Positions 10,135-19,463 of a stretch of DNA of 64,000 nt are shown here, piece after piece. Location of the stretch: positions 29,932 through 93,931 of the IMG/VR virus record IMGVR_UViG_3300044833_000114, one strand, 5' to 3'. The notes beneath the pieces were generated by a model. The model was given only the letters and a program-made list of their open reading frames with translations, had not been told where the DNA came from and ran no database searches. The stretch comes from a virus. How positions within the stretch are numbered: position 1 is the first letter of the stretch; every line of letters starts with the position of its first letter. Made by a program: the position numbers and the translations under genes.

Positions 10135-10368
10135 CTATTCTCCTGGCTTGCCTGGTTTCAATGTGTCGGGGCTTTCCGTATCATTCTCTCTTAGTATCCA
10201 GCGCACCAAGCGTATGAAGTCTACACGCTCAACTGTCACGGTATCGCCTAGCGTGGTCCTTATTCGTGCTTGGTGCTCTGCTAGGATTATGGTCAATGTT
10301 GGTAAAACTAACGTGTGGCCGGGAAGCGCGCTTGTCAGACTGTAGTATGTGTCGTTCTCTACTTCCAA
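10135..10368 (-). CDS. Hypothetical protein, paralog of 10392-10643
   Basis: Shares 'P.LTI..A...A.I.TTLG..VTV.R..F..LVR.ILREND' with its neighbour. Confidence 0.7.
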   Translation of the reverse strand: MEVENDTYYSLTSALPGHTLVLPTLTIILAEHQARIRTTLGDTVTVERVDFIRLVRWILRENDTESPDTLKPGKPGE

Positions 10369-10391
10369 AAGGTCATCCTCAATTCTGTCTT

Positions 10392-10643
10392 CTATCCCGT
10401 TTCCCCTATCGCGCGTCTCACGCTCTGTGGCACGCTTTCCACGTCCCTGTCGTTCTCTCGTAGTATCCTTCTAACTAAGCTCATGAACTCCGCGCGGCTA
10501 ACGGTTACGACCTCGCCGAGTGTCGTGTGTATCTTCGCTTCCCTGTCAGCAATGACGATTGTCAAGCACGGTGGCACAGCCAAACTTCCCGACCTGGCAC
10601 TCTTTAGCCTGTACGTTGAATCCTGCGCAGCATCCGTTTCCAT
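10392..10643 (-). CDS. Hypothetical protein, paralog of 10135-10368
   Basis: Same shared motif; tandem arrangement. Confidence 0.7.
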   Translation of the reverse strand: METDAAQDSTYRLKSARSGSLAVPPCLTIVIADREAKIHTTLGEVVTVSRAEFMSLVRRILRENDRDVESVPQSVRRAIGETG

Positions 10644-10936
10644 CGTTTCTTCCGTTCTAAATGCCGTTGGCCGAGCCCATCCATGTTAACCGCTATTTTT
10701 CCCCGCGGTTTTAAGCTCGGCCGTTTGGCATCTGTTCCCTCTGGAGTTATTCGGGACATTCCTTTCCAGTGAGCATTACGGCGCCAGGTTACATTTGTTT
10801 TCCTCCCGCATACGTATTACTCCCTAGTCACGTACTGTGTCAAGTGAAATCGTATACTTGATGTATCATCCGCTACGTAGACGGTCCCGATCCGCTCTTC
10901 GACTTCGATCTGGTCTCCGCCGTGCTGTGCTGTGGA

Positions 10937-11329
10937 TTAATGTTTCCCGGGAGATCCCGATCGTGGATCGGGTTCTGGCAGAAGGGCTTTAGCCATCTGA
11001 CGAAGTTCGTTCAGATTCTCTGCGGTCGGCTCCGCTTCAAAATACTTCTCGCTTATCAACTTCACGAGTTCGCGTCCTTTGTCCGTAATCTCCAAGGTAT
11101 TGAACCGCACATCCTTTCTATCCTTGGTCCTTTTCAGCAGACCTTTATCCTGCAGCGAGTTCACCACCTCTGTGACGACGTTCTCATTCTTATCCCGCAC
11201 CTTCGCCACAGCGGTCTGAGTAGCAGGCCGCTCTGCTATGGCTGTGAGCACCAATAGCTCGTTGGCCGAAATCCCCACCACGTCTTTCAGGTCGCGCTCG
11301 ACGCGCTTCCAGCGCGCAGCAGCAGCCAC
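10937..11329 (-). CDS. MarR-family winged-helix regulator (candidate immunity repressor)
   Basis: 'ELLVLTAI...TQTAVA...VVNSLQDKGLLKR..D.KD.R...LEITDKG' is the MarR wHTH pattern; lies near attP/int; start codon uncertain. Confidence 0.8.
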   Translation of the reverse strand: MAAAARWKRVERDLKDVVGISANELLVLTAIAERPATQTAVAKVRDKNENVVTEVVNSLQDKGLLKRTKDRKDVRFNTLEITDKGRELVKLISEKYFEAEPTAENLNELRQMAKALLPEPDPRSGSPGKH

Positions 11330-11386
11330 AGCTTCCTTTACAAATTTAGATATCTTTGAAATTGTTTTACCCTGCCTCTATTACCT

Positions 11387-11422
11387 TTGCACACACGTAC
11401 GATACAGAGTAGAATAGTATCG
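11387..11422 (+). promoter_or_regulatory. Sigma70-type promoter with an overlapping inverted repeat (candidate MarR operator)
   Basis: TTGCAC-N17-TAGAAT; CGATAC...GTATCG inverted repeat straddles the -10; divergent from the MarR gene. Confidence 0.55.
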
Positions 11423-11548
11423 TTGGTATACGGCTTATCTACAGGGGACCTGCCCGGTTGTCCGCCGTGGTTTTGAAATTCAATAAATTCTAACGTACGA
11501 ATTTGTTTGCGGAGCATACCTGCTTACCCGCATTAAAGAAAGGGAAAA

Positions 11549-12076
11549 ATGATATTCAACCTGAAGACTCGGAGGTTCGCGCACTTGCACTTTTCCTCCG
11601 CAACTAAGTGTGCCCTTTTGGTATTTGTAGGTTCTTGGGTTGGCGCAACTGTGGCTGTTCATTTTTGGCGCACGACGCTGGGAATACTTTTCGGGAGCAT
11701 CGTCGCCGCAGGGTTATCCGGGTTGGTGTGCAAACTGCAATCCCACAATGTACGTACGGAACTGAGCGGGCTGCAGGCGTACCAGGCGCAGGCGTTCCAC
11801 CACCAAATCACGGTGATGAATTCACTCACCAAAATTTATTTGATGACCGACCTTATCGGGCACCCTAGCCACCAGCCCTGCGAAATTTGCGACTCATATA
11901 AGAGCGCCGTCTACGCTGAGGTTGACAAGATTCGCAAGTCCGTTTACCGAAGTGTGGAGATACTTATGGGCAGTGAAGAGGACTTCGACATCCCGCAAGA
12001 GCTCAAGAATGACGCGACACGGAACAAACAGTTAGCGGAAAAAGAGAAAGTGAAGGCTCACACTAACCGAGGGTAG
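11549..12076 (+). CDS. Membrane protein with two N-terminal TM helices (possible superinfection exclusion / moron)
   Basis: Two hydrophobic segments at aa 21-61; lies between the repressor and attP with its own promoter. Confidence 0.5.
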   Translation: MIFNLKTRRFAHLHFSSATKCALLVFVGSWVGATVAVHFWRTTLGILFGSIVAAGLSGLVCKLQSHNVRTELSGLQAYQAQAFHHQITVMNSLTKIYLMTDLIGHPSHQPCEICDSYKSAVYAEVDKIRKSVYRSVEILMGSEEDFDIPQELKNDATRNKQLAEKEKVKAHTNRG

Positions 12077-12130
12077 CCCCGGGCCGAAAGAGAGTGAGGG
12101 CTTGTTCAAATACTCATGCTCCTTTCCTTT

Positions 12131-12339
12131 AGGGTGAATCAAGGGTTAATCCACCCGTTTGCTTTTGTTTCGCTTCTTGCAGATAAGTGGCGCCGATTCA
12201 ACGGGTTAGTTTTTGTAAAACTGATAGTTATTCAGATTCAGAGTCTGGAGTCCTACCAATTGGACGACCTCCCAAACTGTATGATTCTACGCTGCTTGCG
12301 TCTGTTTTCCCAGTCCTGATTGAGGGTGAACAGGGTGAA
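12131..12339. other. attP: attP site: tRNA-Gln-derived core flanked by arm-type repeats
   Basis: AGGGTGAA/AGGGTTAA pairs at 12131 and 12142 and at 12323 and 12332 flank the tRNA fragment, directly downstream of int. Confidence 0.75.
12233..12274 (-). tRNA. tRNA-Gln(CTG) 5' fragment (acceptor 5' strand, D arm, anticodon arm), not a complete tRNA
   Basis: TGGGAGG-TC-GTCC AATTGGTA GGAC-T-CCAGA CT CTG AA TCTG; no T arm or 3' acceptor strand follows. Confidence 0.8.
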
Positions 12340-13402
12340 GCAGAGATGGAATCGAGTTGAGAATTCGCTTCCTGTACTCTGGTCTGAGATGAGTGTATAG
12401 CTTGACCATTTCATCGCTACCGTGCCCAATCCAAGCGCGAATCGTTTCGATTGGCGTGTTGCATTCGACAAGATAGCTGACCCTGCCGTGCCGGAAAGCG
12501 TGCGTCCCAGATTGCGGGATGCCCAGTTTTCTCAGCAGCGGATACAGAACCCGGTTGAGAATTCTCGGATGTTTGAACGTGGTTCCGTGTTTCGTTTGAA
12601 ACACGAAGCCGAGTGTTCTACCGTTCAAATGTTTTTTGATCATCTCACCCAGGCCGATCTGGATATCGATTGTCCGATAAGCTTTCAGGCTCTTCGGACT
12701 TTGAACCTTGCCGCGCCGTACCGACCGTCGAACATGGATCAGTAAGCGTTGCAGATCGACATCCTCGACGCGCAACCCGTACGCTTCCCCTGAGCGCAAT
12801 CCTGTTTCAGTAAAGACTGCGAACAAAGTCTTGTACGGCTCTCTCACGGCATCAACGATCATCTGCATCTGCTCCGGAGAATGACAAGGATGCTGCCGCC
12901 TCGGTTCCAAGGCGGACGGAAAGTGGATCAGCGTCTTATCAAATTTTCTTCCGAGAACCATCTGCAGCGTCTTCGCGATCCCGCGTTGGGTGTACGGCGA
13001 TAACCTCGACAGTGATCCCAACCACTCGTTCACCGACTCTTCCCCGATCAAATCAACCGGATGCTTCCCCCACTGCGGGAGAAGATACGTGTTGATGTGC
13101 CAGTTCATGGTGTCCTGAGTGCCTAGTTTCTGCCGCACGAGATACATCTGCGTCCACCTGATTACGCGTTTTTCGAATAACTCGCTGGACGGGATAACAT
13201 ACGACGGCTCGTTTAAGCCTTCGGATGCTATGACCGATTTAAGTTTCCGGCGAGCTTCTGATTTGGTCATTTCCGAGACAGGTCCTAGGACGACCGCTTT
13301 GTTGACGCGCCGATCCTGCCCTGGCACATCCACAAGATAGCGACCACGATATGACCCGCTACGGACTTCAACTGAACCGTTCTGCCCGATTCTACGAGAC
13401 AA
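12287..13402 (-). CDS. int: Tyrosine integrase
   Basis: GLRSGE, SPKS, HAFRH, WIGH and LYTH catalytic motifs; N-terminal arm-binding segment 'GSVEVRSGSYRGRY'; likely TTG start at 13402 (listed ORF extends to 13642). Confidence 0.92.
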   Translation of the reverse strand: MSRRIGQNGSVEVRSGSYRGRYLVDVPGQDRRVNKAVVLGPVSEMTKSEARRKLKSVIASEGLNEPSYVIPSSELFEKRVIRWTQMYLVRQKLGTQDTMNWHINTYLLPQWGKHPVDLIGEESVNEWLGSLSRLSPYTQRGIAKTLQMVLGRKFDKTLIHFPSALEPRRQHPCHSPEQMQMIVDAVREPYKTLFAVFTETGLRSGEAYGLRVEDVDLQRLLIHVRRSVRRGKVQSPKSLKAYRTIDIQIGLGEMIKKHLNGRTLGFVFQTKHGTTFKHPRILNRVLYPLLRKLGIPQSGTHAFRHGRVSYLVECNTPIETIRAWIGHGSDEMVKLYTHLRPEYRKRILNSIPSLLHPVHPQSGLGKQTQAA

Positions 13403-13472
13403 CGATTTACCCCGCTTTCTCGTTGAATCGGCGTCGGCTATCACGGTATCAGGTTTAGGAAATTGGATCAAA

Positions 13473-13721
13473 CTAGGCGTCCAGACGTTCCAGAATTCGG
13501 TCGACGATGGCGTAACAATTGACTTCTCCGACTTCCGCGTAGCTACAAATTCCCTCGCGAACAATGTCCACCAGTTCTTCTCGGAGATCTTCCTCGGTGG
13601 TGTCTTCCTCTTCCGGTTCCTCCTCCCAGGGGTGGTATCCAAACTGCGTCCGGTTGTTGTGGACGGAGTTCCGGGGCGACATGCGACACTTCTTGCACGG
13701 ATACGCGGAGACGCTCATCAA
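13473..13721 (-). CDS. Small Cys-containing acidic hypothetical protein
   Basis: Overlaps the stop of the upstream ATPase; EEEPEEEDTTEED tract. Confidence 0.5.
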   Translation of the reverse strand: MMSVSAYPCKKCRMSPRNSVHNNRTQFGYHPWEEEPEEEDTTEEDLREELVDIVREGICSYAEVGEVNCYAIVDRILERLDA

Positions 13722-14767
13722 GCCGCCTTTGTTCTTTCTGCCGGGTCCATGCTGGCGATGATTTCATCTAGGTCGTGAGCCATAGTTCTATCCATGTTCC
13801 ACACGTATTTCTTGCGAAAGTCTTTCAGCTGATCCAGAGGGCTAGCCATTGTTGGAATGAAAAACGAACGGAGCAGTCGAAGAACGGATTTCACTTTCTC
13901 CGGAACAAGCACCCACTTGATCCCGGCGTTAGTGGCGCGCTGGATTTCTTCCTGGCTGGAGACAGGCACCGCATGTATTCCGTAGGACGAACTGAAATAA
14001 CTAGCTTGATCTAAGGCCAATCTGGAAGTTGGCGCGGCGTGACTCTCAACGTACTCGACGTCGGGAGCTTCCTCGTTCATGAGCTCTACGGCTCTCTTGC
14101 CGCCTCGATCGGTCCAGAGCTTACTGGTCTCCCACGCCAGGTCGAAGCCGGATACCATCCCGCGGTCCCGATCCAGATTGATGGTGCCGGCACGGAAAGC
14201 GTAGCCGCACTTGAATCCTTTAACTGTGGTCACATACAGTCCGCCGACGTAGATGCGCCCCATCTGGTCTGGAGCCTCGAGGATGCTGTTGAAAGTCTCA
14301 TCTTGTGGCCGGATGTTTTTCCGGATCGTGTCCCAGTCGGACTCCGTCACATCGCCGACGATGAACTCCACGCCTTCGCGTTCTTCCACAGGCTCTGTGT
14401 AGATCTTGAGTACCACGGAGTTGAAGGTGTCATCGTGCTCCAGCTTTGGTTGCCAGCTCTCCGAGCCCGTCAATACTTCGACGGGATTACCCAAGCGCGC
14501 GAGCACGAGCAGAGAAAGCTTGAATCCTTCTCCGAACTTGCCGCGAAGATTTTGTTCGCGCTTCGATGAGTTTCCGAGAACGAGCATCGAATGATCAAGC
14601 CGACCGCGCGTAGTCGCGATGCGAAGTAGATTGCCGTCGTAGGTCAACGAAGCTTTGCAAACTCCGTCCGCGGTTTCGTCGAGCGCATTCTGCCAGAGCT
14701 CACGCACGGCTTCCCACAAACCCCAACCGATCACGTAGCCGTCCGACATTGGTAAAGTAAATTTCAT
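13718..14767 (-). CDS. GHKL (HSP90/MutL-like) ATPase domain protein
   Basis: 'EAVRELWQNALD' (N box), 'LGNSSK', 'GKFGEGFKL' (G2 box). Confidence 0.8.
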   Translation of the reverse strand: MKFTLPMSDGYVIGWGLWEAVRELWQNALDETADGVCKASLTYDGNLLRIATTRGRLDHSMLVLGNSSKREQNLRGKFGEGFKLSLLVLARLGNPVEVLTGSESWQPKLEHDDTFNSVVLKIYTEPVEEREGVEFIVGDVTESDWDTIRKNIRPQDETFNSILEAPDQMGRIYVGGLYVTTVKGFKCGYAFRAGTINLDRDRGMVSGFDLAWETSKLWTDRGGKRAVELMNEEAPDVEYVESHAAPTSRLALDQASYFSSSYGIHAVPVSSQEEIQRATNAGIKWVLVPEKVKSVLRLLRSFFIPTMASPLDQLKDFRKKYVWNMDRTMAHDLDEIIASMDPAERTKAA

Positions 14768-14978
14768 CTGATCACCCTATCGCGAAACAAATAACCGATC
14801 GCAAAACAAAGACCGCCAAACACAACCACCACTGCTACGGGGTACCAATCCATCAGAACCACTCCCATAATTCGTTGTCTTTCAACGGGTAGAAAACATG
14901 ACCGCGCGAAGAATAGTGTGACGACCACACAAACAGACCGTGTTCGGTTCGGATCAAGAGTTCGTTGCATCGCCAAGG

Positions 14979-15182
14979 CATCAGTAGTACTCCTTCAACT
15001 CGTGGTCCTTACAAATGGCGTTTGTTGCTTGAGCCATGCCACAGATTCTTTTGTCGGATACTTGTACAGGTGCAGCGTCCCGGGCGTGTATTTCTGCCCG
15101 TTCATAAAGGCGATTTGCTTTGCTTCTTCCAGCGTGGCCTGTTCGTACTCAACCTTGTTCATCAGTAGTACTCCTTCAACTC
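14979..15182. repeat. 23-bp perfect direct repeat (14979-15001, 15160-15182) flanking a 55-aa gene
   Basis: CATCAGTAGTACTCCTTCAACTC occurs twice. Confidence 0.9.
14995..15162 (-). CDS. Small hypothetical protein (MNKVEYEQ..., 55 aa; absent from the ORF track)
   Basis: AGGAG RBS and TGATG coupling; read manually. Confidence 0.55.
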   Translation of the reverse strand: MNKVEYEQATLEEAKQIAFMNGQKYTPGTLHLYKYPTKESVAWLKQQTPFVRTTS

Positions 15183-15665
15183 ATGTGCCTTCGCGATCGC
15201 GCGTTCCTTAGCTGTAGCTCCGACGTAGCTGATCATGACCCCCACTGGCGGACACACGCTCCACCACTCCATGGTGTCGAACCTCTTATCGATGCCGACG
15301 GCGATGTTGGCAACCCACTCCACGTTCTTGAGGCACTCGAGATATCGGTTGTTGTTTGTCATCCCTCTTTCGTACGGATGGCTCTGAACGAACTTCCTAA
15401 GCTTCACCAGGGCAATGCTGTCCTCCAGCTGCTTGATGAGATCAGGCGTCTCGCCCTTGACTGTGAGTTTCAGGCTGTCGAACATTTCCTTCGTGAATAT
15501 AGGGGGGACCAATATCTTTTTGTCACTCCAATTCATGTACTGGACGGGACCGGGGCCGACCGGTACCCTAACAAGTTTCTCTTTCTCAACAGCGGCTGGC
15601 TTCGTCGGATGGAGTTCGAACCATCGCTTGCGTAGTAATGCTTCTTTCTGTTCGAGCGTTGACAT
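15162..15665 (-). CDS. Hypothetical protein
   Basis: AGGAG RBS; coupled with its neighbours. Confidence 0.6.
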   Translation of the reverse strand: MSTLEQKEALLRKRWFELHPTKPAAVEKEKLVRVPVGPGPVQYMNWSDKKILVPPIFTKEMFDSLKLTVKGETPDLIKQLEDSIALVKLRKFVQSHPYERGMTNNNRYLECLKNVEWVANIAVGIDKRFDTMEWWSVCPPVGVMISYVGATAKERAIAKAHELKEYY

Positions 15666-16312
15666 CAAACCTTAGCTCCTTCCACCTTTAGGATGCAGCA
15701 TGCTCCGTACGTGAACGGGCCGACGCGGAAGGCTTCGTCACCAACAGGTCTGCAACACCGGGCGCACACGATGCTCCGCGTTGGCTTCAGCGCGACGGTC
15801 GTTAGATTTTCCTGAACCTTGGTGCTCATTGTTTCCCTTCCAGCCATCGCTGTGCCCTGCGTACGAAGTATTCCTTCTTGTGGCAGTGTTCCCATCCATG
15901 ATCGTGCTCAAAACCTGCACAGATGTGATGCAGTGCCTTGAACGCACCTCGGAACTCGCGGTGTAGCTTCTCAGCCAGTGCTTCGACTTCACCGGTCTGA
16001 TTACCGTGTTCTGCTCTCTGGCTTTGTTCAGCCACAGACCGCAACCATGCTAGGCGTTCAGGTGTCATCACTGCCGCTTCCATGTCTTGCAGGAACCGTT
16101 CTGCGGCTTTGCCTGTTATCGGTGGTGTGGCTTCTATAGGTCTACTCATTCGATTCCCTCTTTCACGTCTCGTTCGACGTGGTGCTTCCAATGCTTCTTG
16201 ATGAATGGGAACAGCAAGCCGCTGAGCACTAGGTCGAACAAGACCATCAGGAAGATCTCGAACTGCCAATGCGCCTTGTCGCGGAGCAGCGTCCAGAACG
16301 TTTCGTGATCCA

Positions 16313-16588
16313 TCACCCTTCTCTCAGGAACAAAGCTTCTTTGATTAGATCAAGCGCTGCGTAAAGAGCTTTCTTATATCTCTCTTCTCGCTCGCCTACC
16401 GGTGGCGCCGCTCCACCTTTGTTGTGCTTGCACCGGTCTTCCTGCGGTATCCCGTAATACCATTTCATGAATTTTGAGTCGTAGAAGCGAGGGTCGGGGA
16501 ATCCGTAGTCGTCCACTTTGAGTGAGCACCGCGGACATAACTGAAACTTCGTTCCGCTCGAGAGCGTGTGTCCGATCACTGCGTTCAT
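16313..16588 (-). CDS. Hypothetical protein (CxxC)
   Basis: GGAGG RBS; ATGA overlap. Confidence 0.55.
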   Translation of the reverse strand: MNAVIGHTLSSGTKFQLCPRCSLKVDDYGFPDPRFYDSKFMKWYYGIPQEDRCKHNKGGAAPPVGEREERYKKALYAALDLIKEALFLREG

Positions 16589-16935
16589 TGGGCCTCCACG
16601 GGCTCGCCGTACTCAACCATTTCTTTCAAACTGCTGTTTAAGCGATCCGCGCTCGGTCTTGCTGCAGGTACTTTGCCGTTCTCGTCGGTGCGCGGGTAGG
16701 CTAGGGACCAGGTGCTGCGACACACCAGACGTGTTTGTGGGTCTCCAATGTATCCGGTTGTTTCATACCGCACTGTCCGAAGTTCAATCAGGCCGTCTCC
16801 GTCCGCGATTAGCTCGTTGCCGCTGAACTTCACGACCTGGCGCTCGAGGGCATTACCGTTGCGCTTGAGGTCTTCGAACATCTCGTCGCGCTTGTCTTTC
16901 TCTGTCGTTGTGATCACTTCGAAATTATCGTACAT
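16585..16935 (-). CDS. Hypothetical protein
   Basis: AAGGAG RBS before MYDNF; continuous operon. Confidence 0.55.
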   Translation of the reverse strand: MYDNFEVITTTEKDKRDEMFEDLKRNGNALERQVVKFSGNELIADGDGLIELRTVRYETTGYIGDPQTRLVCRSTWSLAYPRTDENGKVPAARPSADRLNSSLKEMVEYGEPVEAQ

Positions 16936-17085
16936 CGTTTCTCCTTTGATGTCAAACATTGATTTAGTTTCTTATCTTCAAACGATACCGAATCCACTTT
17001 GTGTAGTAGCCAGATCGCAGAAGGTGAATGAAAACAGCCAACTTTTCTGGAATGGGTATGGTGATCGTCATATATCCTTCAAACG

Positions 17086-17580
17086 TTATCCTGCCACCAA
17101 TGTCTTCAGATCACCCTCTGACGTTTCCTTCGCGACCAGGGCTTCGTGCAGCAGAGCCTCGGCCTTCAGCAGTTCCGATTTGATCTTCTCCACGCGTGCC
17201 AGGTTCTGGGCCCAGTCCTTCGAGGCTTTAGCGTAGGCCGAGGCGGCGCGCATAACCTTGGAGGCGTGGGAGTCGTCAGTCGGCAGAGTGTCGAAAGATT
17301 CCTTGGCCGTTCGCGCAGGGATGAGGCTAGCTTTTCCGTTCGCTATGATCTGTAGGGGCCCCCACGCGTCCGGATCGGTCGACAATTCGAAATCAGTCTT
17401 CTTGTTGAACGCAGCCTGCTCGGCGAGTAGTGCCGGACCATCCATTTGCTCGATGTCCGGCGGTGGGGCTCCTGTGATCTCAGAGGGCGCCGTAGGCACG
17501 AACGTCTGAGGCTTCTTGCGCTCCAGGGATGCGCAGACCATGCATCTCGTTTGGTTGTGTTTCTCGCAACGCTCGTTCAT
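17086..17580 (-). CDS. Hypothetical protein (N-terminal CxxH..CxxC, C-terminal coiled coil)
   Basis: AGGAG RBS before MNERC. Confidence 0.55.
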   Translation of the reverse strand: MNERCEKHNQTRCMVCASLERKKPQTFVPTAPSEITGAPPPDIEQMDGPALLAEQAAFNKKTDFELSTDPDAWGPLQIIANGKASLIPARTAKESFDTLPTDDSHASKVMRAASAYAKASKDWAQNLARVEKIKSELLKAEALLHEALVAKETSEGDLKTLVAG

Positions 17581-17874
17581 TGTTTCTCCTGTTCTTTCTT
17601 TATCTGATAATAGGCCGGCAGCGGGTTGCGGTACGTCACAACTCCCGGTGGCTTTGGAAACGCTTTGTCCCACTCGCGCTCCCACCTGATATTCTCTGGT
17701 GTGTTGAAGCTGCTGAAAGATCTTCCCTTCGCTTGTAGCTCCTTCATGCCTTCTCCTCTTCCGTCGGAGCGGGATCAACACCGTTCTTCTCCAACTTCTT
17801 GACGCGAGCTTCTAGTTTCTTTACTTTTTCTTCAAGTCCTTCAATTAGACTCTCAACCCACCATCGCGGCGCGT

Positions 17875-18798
17875 TCATGCGATCTCCTTAGGAAGCGTGA
17901 ATCCCAATCCAGCTTTCGCAGCCCACTGCTTGCGGAGCTCCTCTTTCTCGCCGAGCTTCGAATAACGATCGGTGATGCCCTGCCCTTCGTGGCCCACCCA
18001 GTAGCGGATGATGTCCTCAGGCACGCCGATCTCGCGCAGCCGGGTAATCCGGAGACGCCGGAATGCGTGGAAGCCCTTGATGCCCAGGGGCTTGAGGCTG
18101 TACTTCTTCAGGTGACTCTCCCAGAGGGGCGTGCCCTCGCTCGTCTGGAACAGATAGGCGCCGGCCGGGAGGGTTCGAGAGGCTGTGTAGCCAACCAGGA
18201 ACTCGTTCAGCTTAGGGTCCAGGTCAACGATCCGAACAGCCGCGGGGGTCTTTGGGTCCTGTTCCTGACGGCCCCACAGGCTCAGCCGGACGTCTATGGC
18301 AGCCTTTGTGGGATCCCAGCCTGTGTGCACCCCGTCCCAGCCGTATCGCACGGCTGTGGCTTCACCTATGCGAAGACCGGTACCTGCAAGGATGGCGTAG
18401 AACACTCCGTAGCGATCCTTGAGAGCTGCCGCCAGCTGCTCATCGGTGACCGTGGGTTGCTTCTGCTTGACGACCGGGGGCAGGTCGATGAACTTGTGGT
18501 TCCATTCTCGAGGATAGAGGAGCACTCCGTCTGGGCTGACAGCCGAGGCCACGATCTGCTTGGTCAGCGAGACCACCTCGGTGATACTCTTGGGGCCCAG
18601 GCCTTTCGCCTGCAGGTCCCGAGCGAACTTGCGTAGGCCTCCGTTGTTGAAGGTCGCGAGATCCTCGGCACCGAGCAGAGGCAGGACGTGGTTCTTCAGG
18701 TAGGAGTTGTAAGCCTGAAGAGTCGCAGGCTTGATCGGGCCGCAATTCCTCGTGGTTAGATCTCTCACCAATTCTTCCGACTGCTGCGCGAAGTTCAT
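17875..18798 (-). CDS. Second tyrosine recombinase, lacking the arm-binding N-terminal domain
   Basis: GLRIGE, DPKT, HAFRR, WVGH and DRYS catalytic residues intact; 307 aa. Confidence 0.88.
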   Translation of the reverse strand: MNFAQQSEELVRDLTTRNCGPIKPATLQAYNSYLKNHVLPLLGAEDLATFNNGGLRKFARDLQAKGLGPKSITEVVSLTKQIVASAVSPDGVLLYPREWNHKFIDLPPVVKQKQPTVTDEQLAAALKDRYGVFYAILAGTGLRIGEATAVRYGWDGVHTGWDPTKAAIDVRLSLWGRQEQDPKTPAAVRIVDLDPKLNEFLVGYTASRTLPAGAYLFQTSEGTPLWESHLKKYSLKPLGIKGFHAFRRLRITRLREIGVPEDIIRYWVGHEGQGITDRYSKLGEKEELRKQWAAKAGLGFTLPKEIA

Positions 18799-19149
18799 CC
18801 CTCGCTCCTTTCAAAGGCGCCCTGAATTTCGGCGTATACCTTGTCGCGTTTTCGCCTACGTGCAGATAATCCGCAATCGCAAAAATCTCCGTGGGGCCCG
18901 TTGGTCGCACCGTACGAACAGTCCGGCGAATGTTCTAATGTTTGCGTTTCAAGATACGTAGCCGCTGCCTCCAACGCCTCGCGCACCTTGTTGGTCACAT
19001 GATCCTCACAGCCACCATAATGCTGGTGGACGACAGCCAGTAGAACGCTTTCTTCCAATCGCCTTGAGCCACGTAGGCCACAGTCGCAGCGACATCGAGA
19101 ACGATCATGATGTTGACTATGAAGTTTCCCCAGTTGATTGTGTGCCAAC

Positions 19150-19401
19150 TCATTCGGGCACCGGGCCGTCAGTGAATCCAACAGGCTCTCCTTTCAAGGT
19201 GACGAGATACGTGTCCCACCCGATGCGATGATCAATTCCGTCTCCGTACCCGTACTTTCGTACCTTGATGTCCGTGCTTCCGTGTAACACATACCCGCGA
19301 GTCTCTTCAAACACGATGTGCTTCAACTCTTCGAGCGTGTTGAACTCCTGGACTTCTTTCATCGCGGTTGCCAATCCGCCTCGCACTGGTCTGAACTTCA
19401 T
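19150..19401 (-). CDS. Hypothetical protein
   Basis: GGAG RBS before MKFRPVRGG; promoter just upstream. Confidence 0.55.
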   Translation of the reverse strand: MKFRPVRGGLATAMKEVQEFNTLEELKHIVFEETRGYVLHGSTDIKVRKYGYGDGIDHRIGWDTYLVTLKGEPVGFTDGPVPE

Positions 19402-19431
19402 GGTCTTCTTCTCCGTTCCATCAGTTTGAAG

Positions 19432-19459
19432 ATTATCACACGTCAACGTTCGATGTCAA
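19432..19459 (-). promoter_or_regulatory. Sigma70-type promoter
   Basis: TTGACA-N16-GATAAT with a TG extension, on the minus strand. Confidence 0.5.
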
Positions 19460-19463
19460 CGTC

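Noticed and set aside
12233-12274. Complete functional tRNA-Gln gene
   Set aside because: No T arm or 3' acceptor strand follows, and I found none elsewhere in the window.
13403-13642. N-terminal extension of the integrase as given in the ORF track
   Set aside because: It overlaps ORF 13473-13721 in another frame; integrase-like sequence begins near the TTG at 13402.
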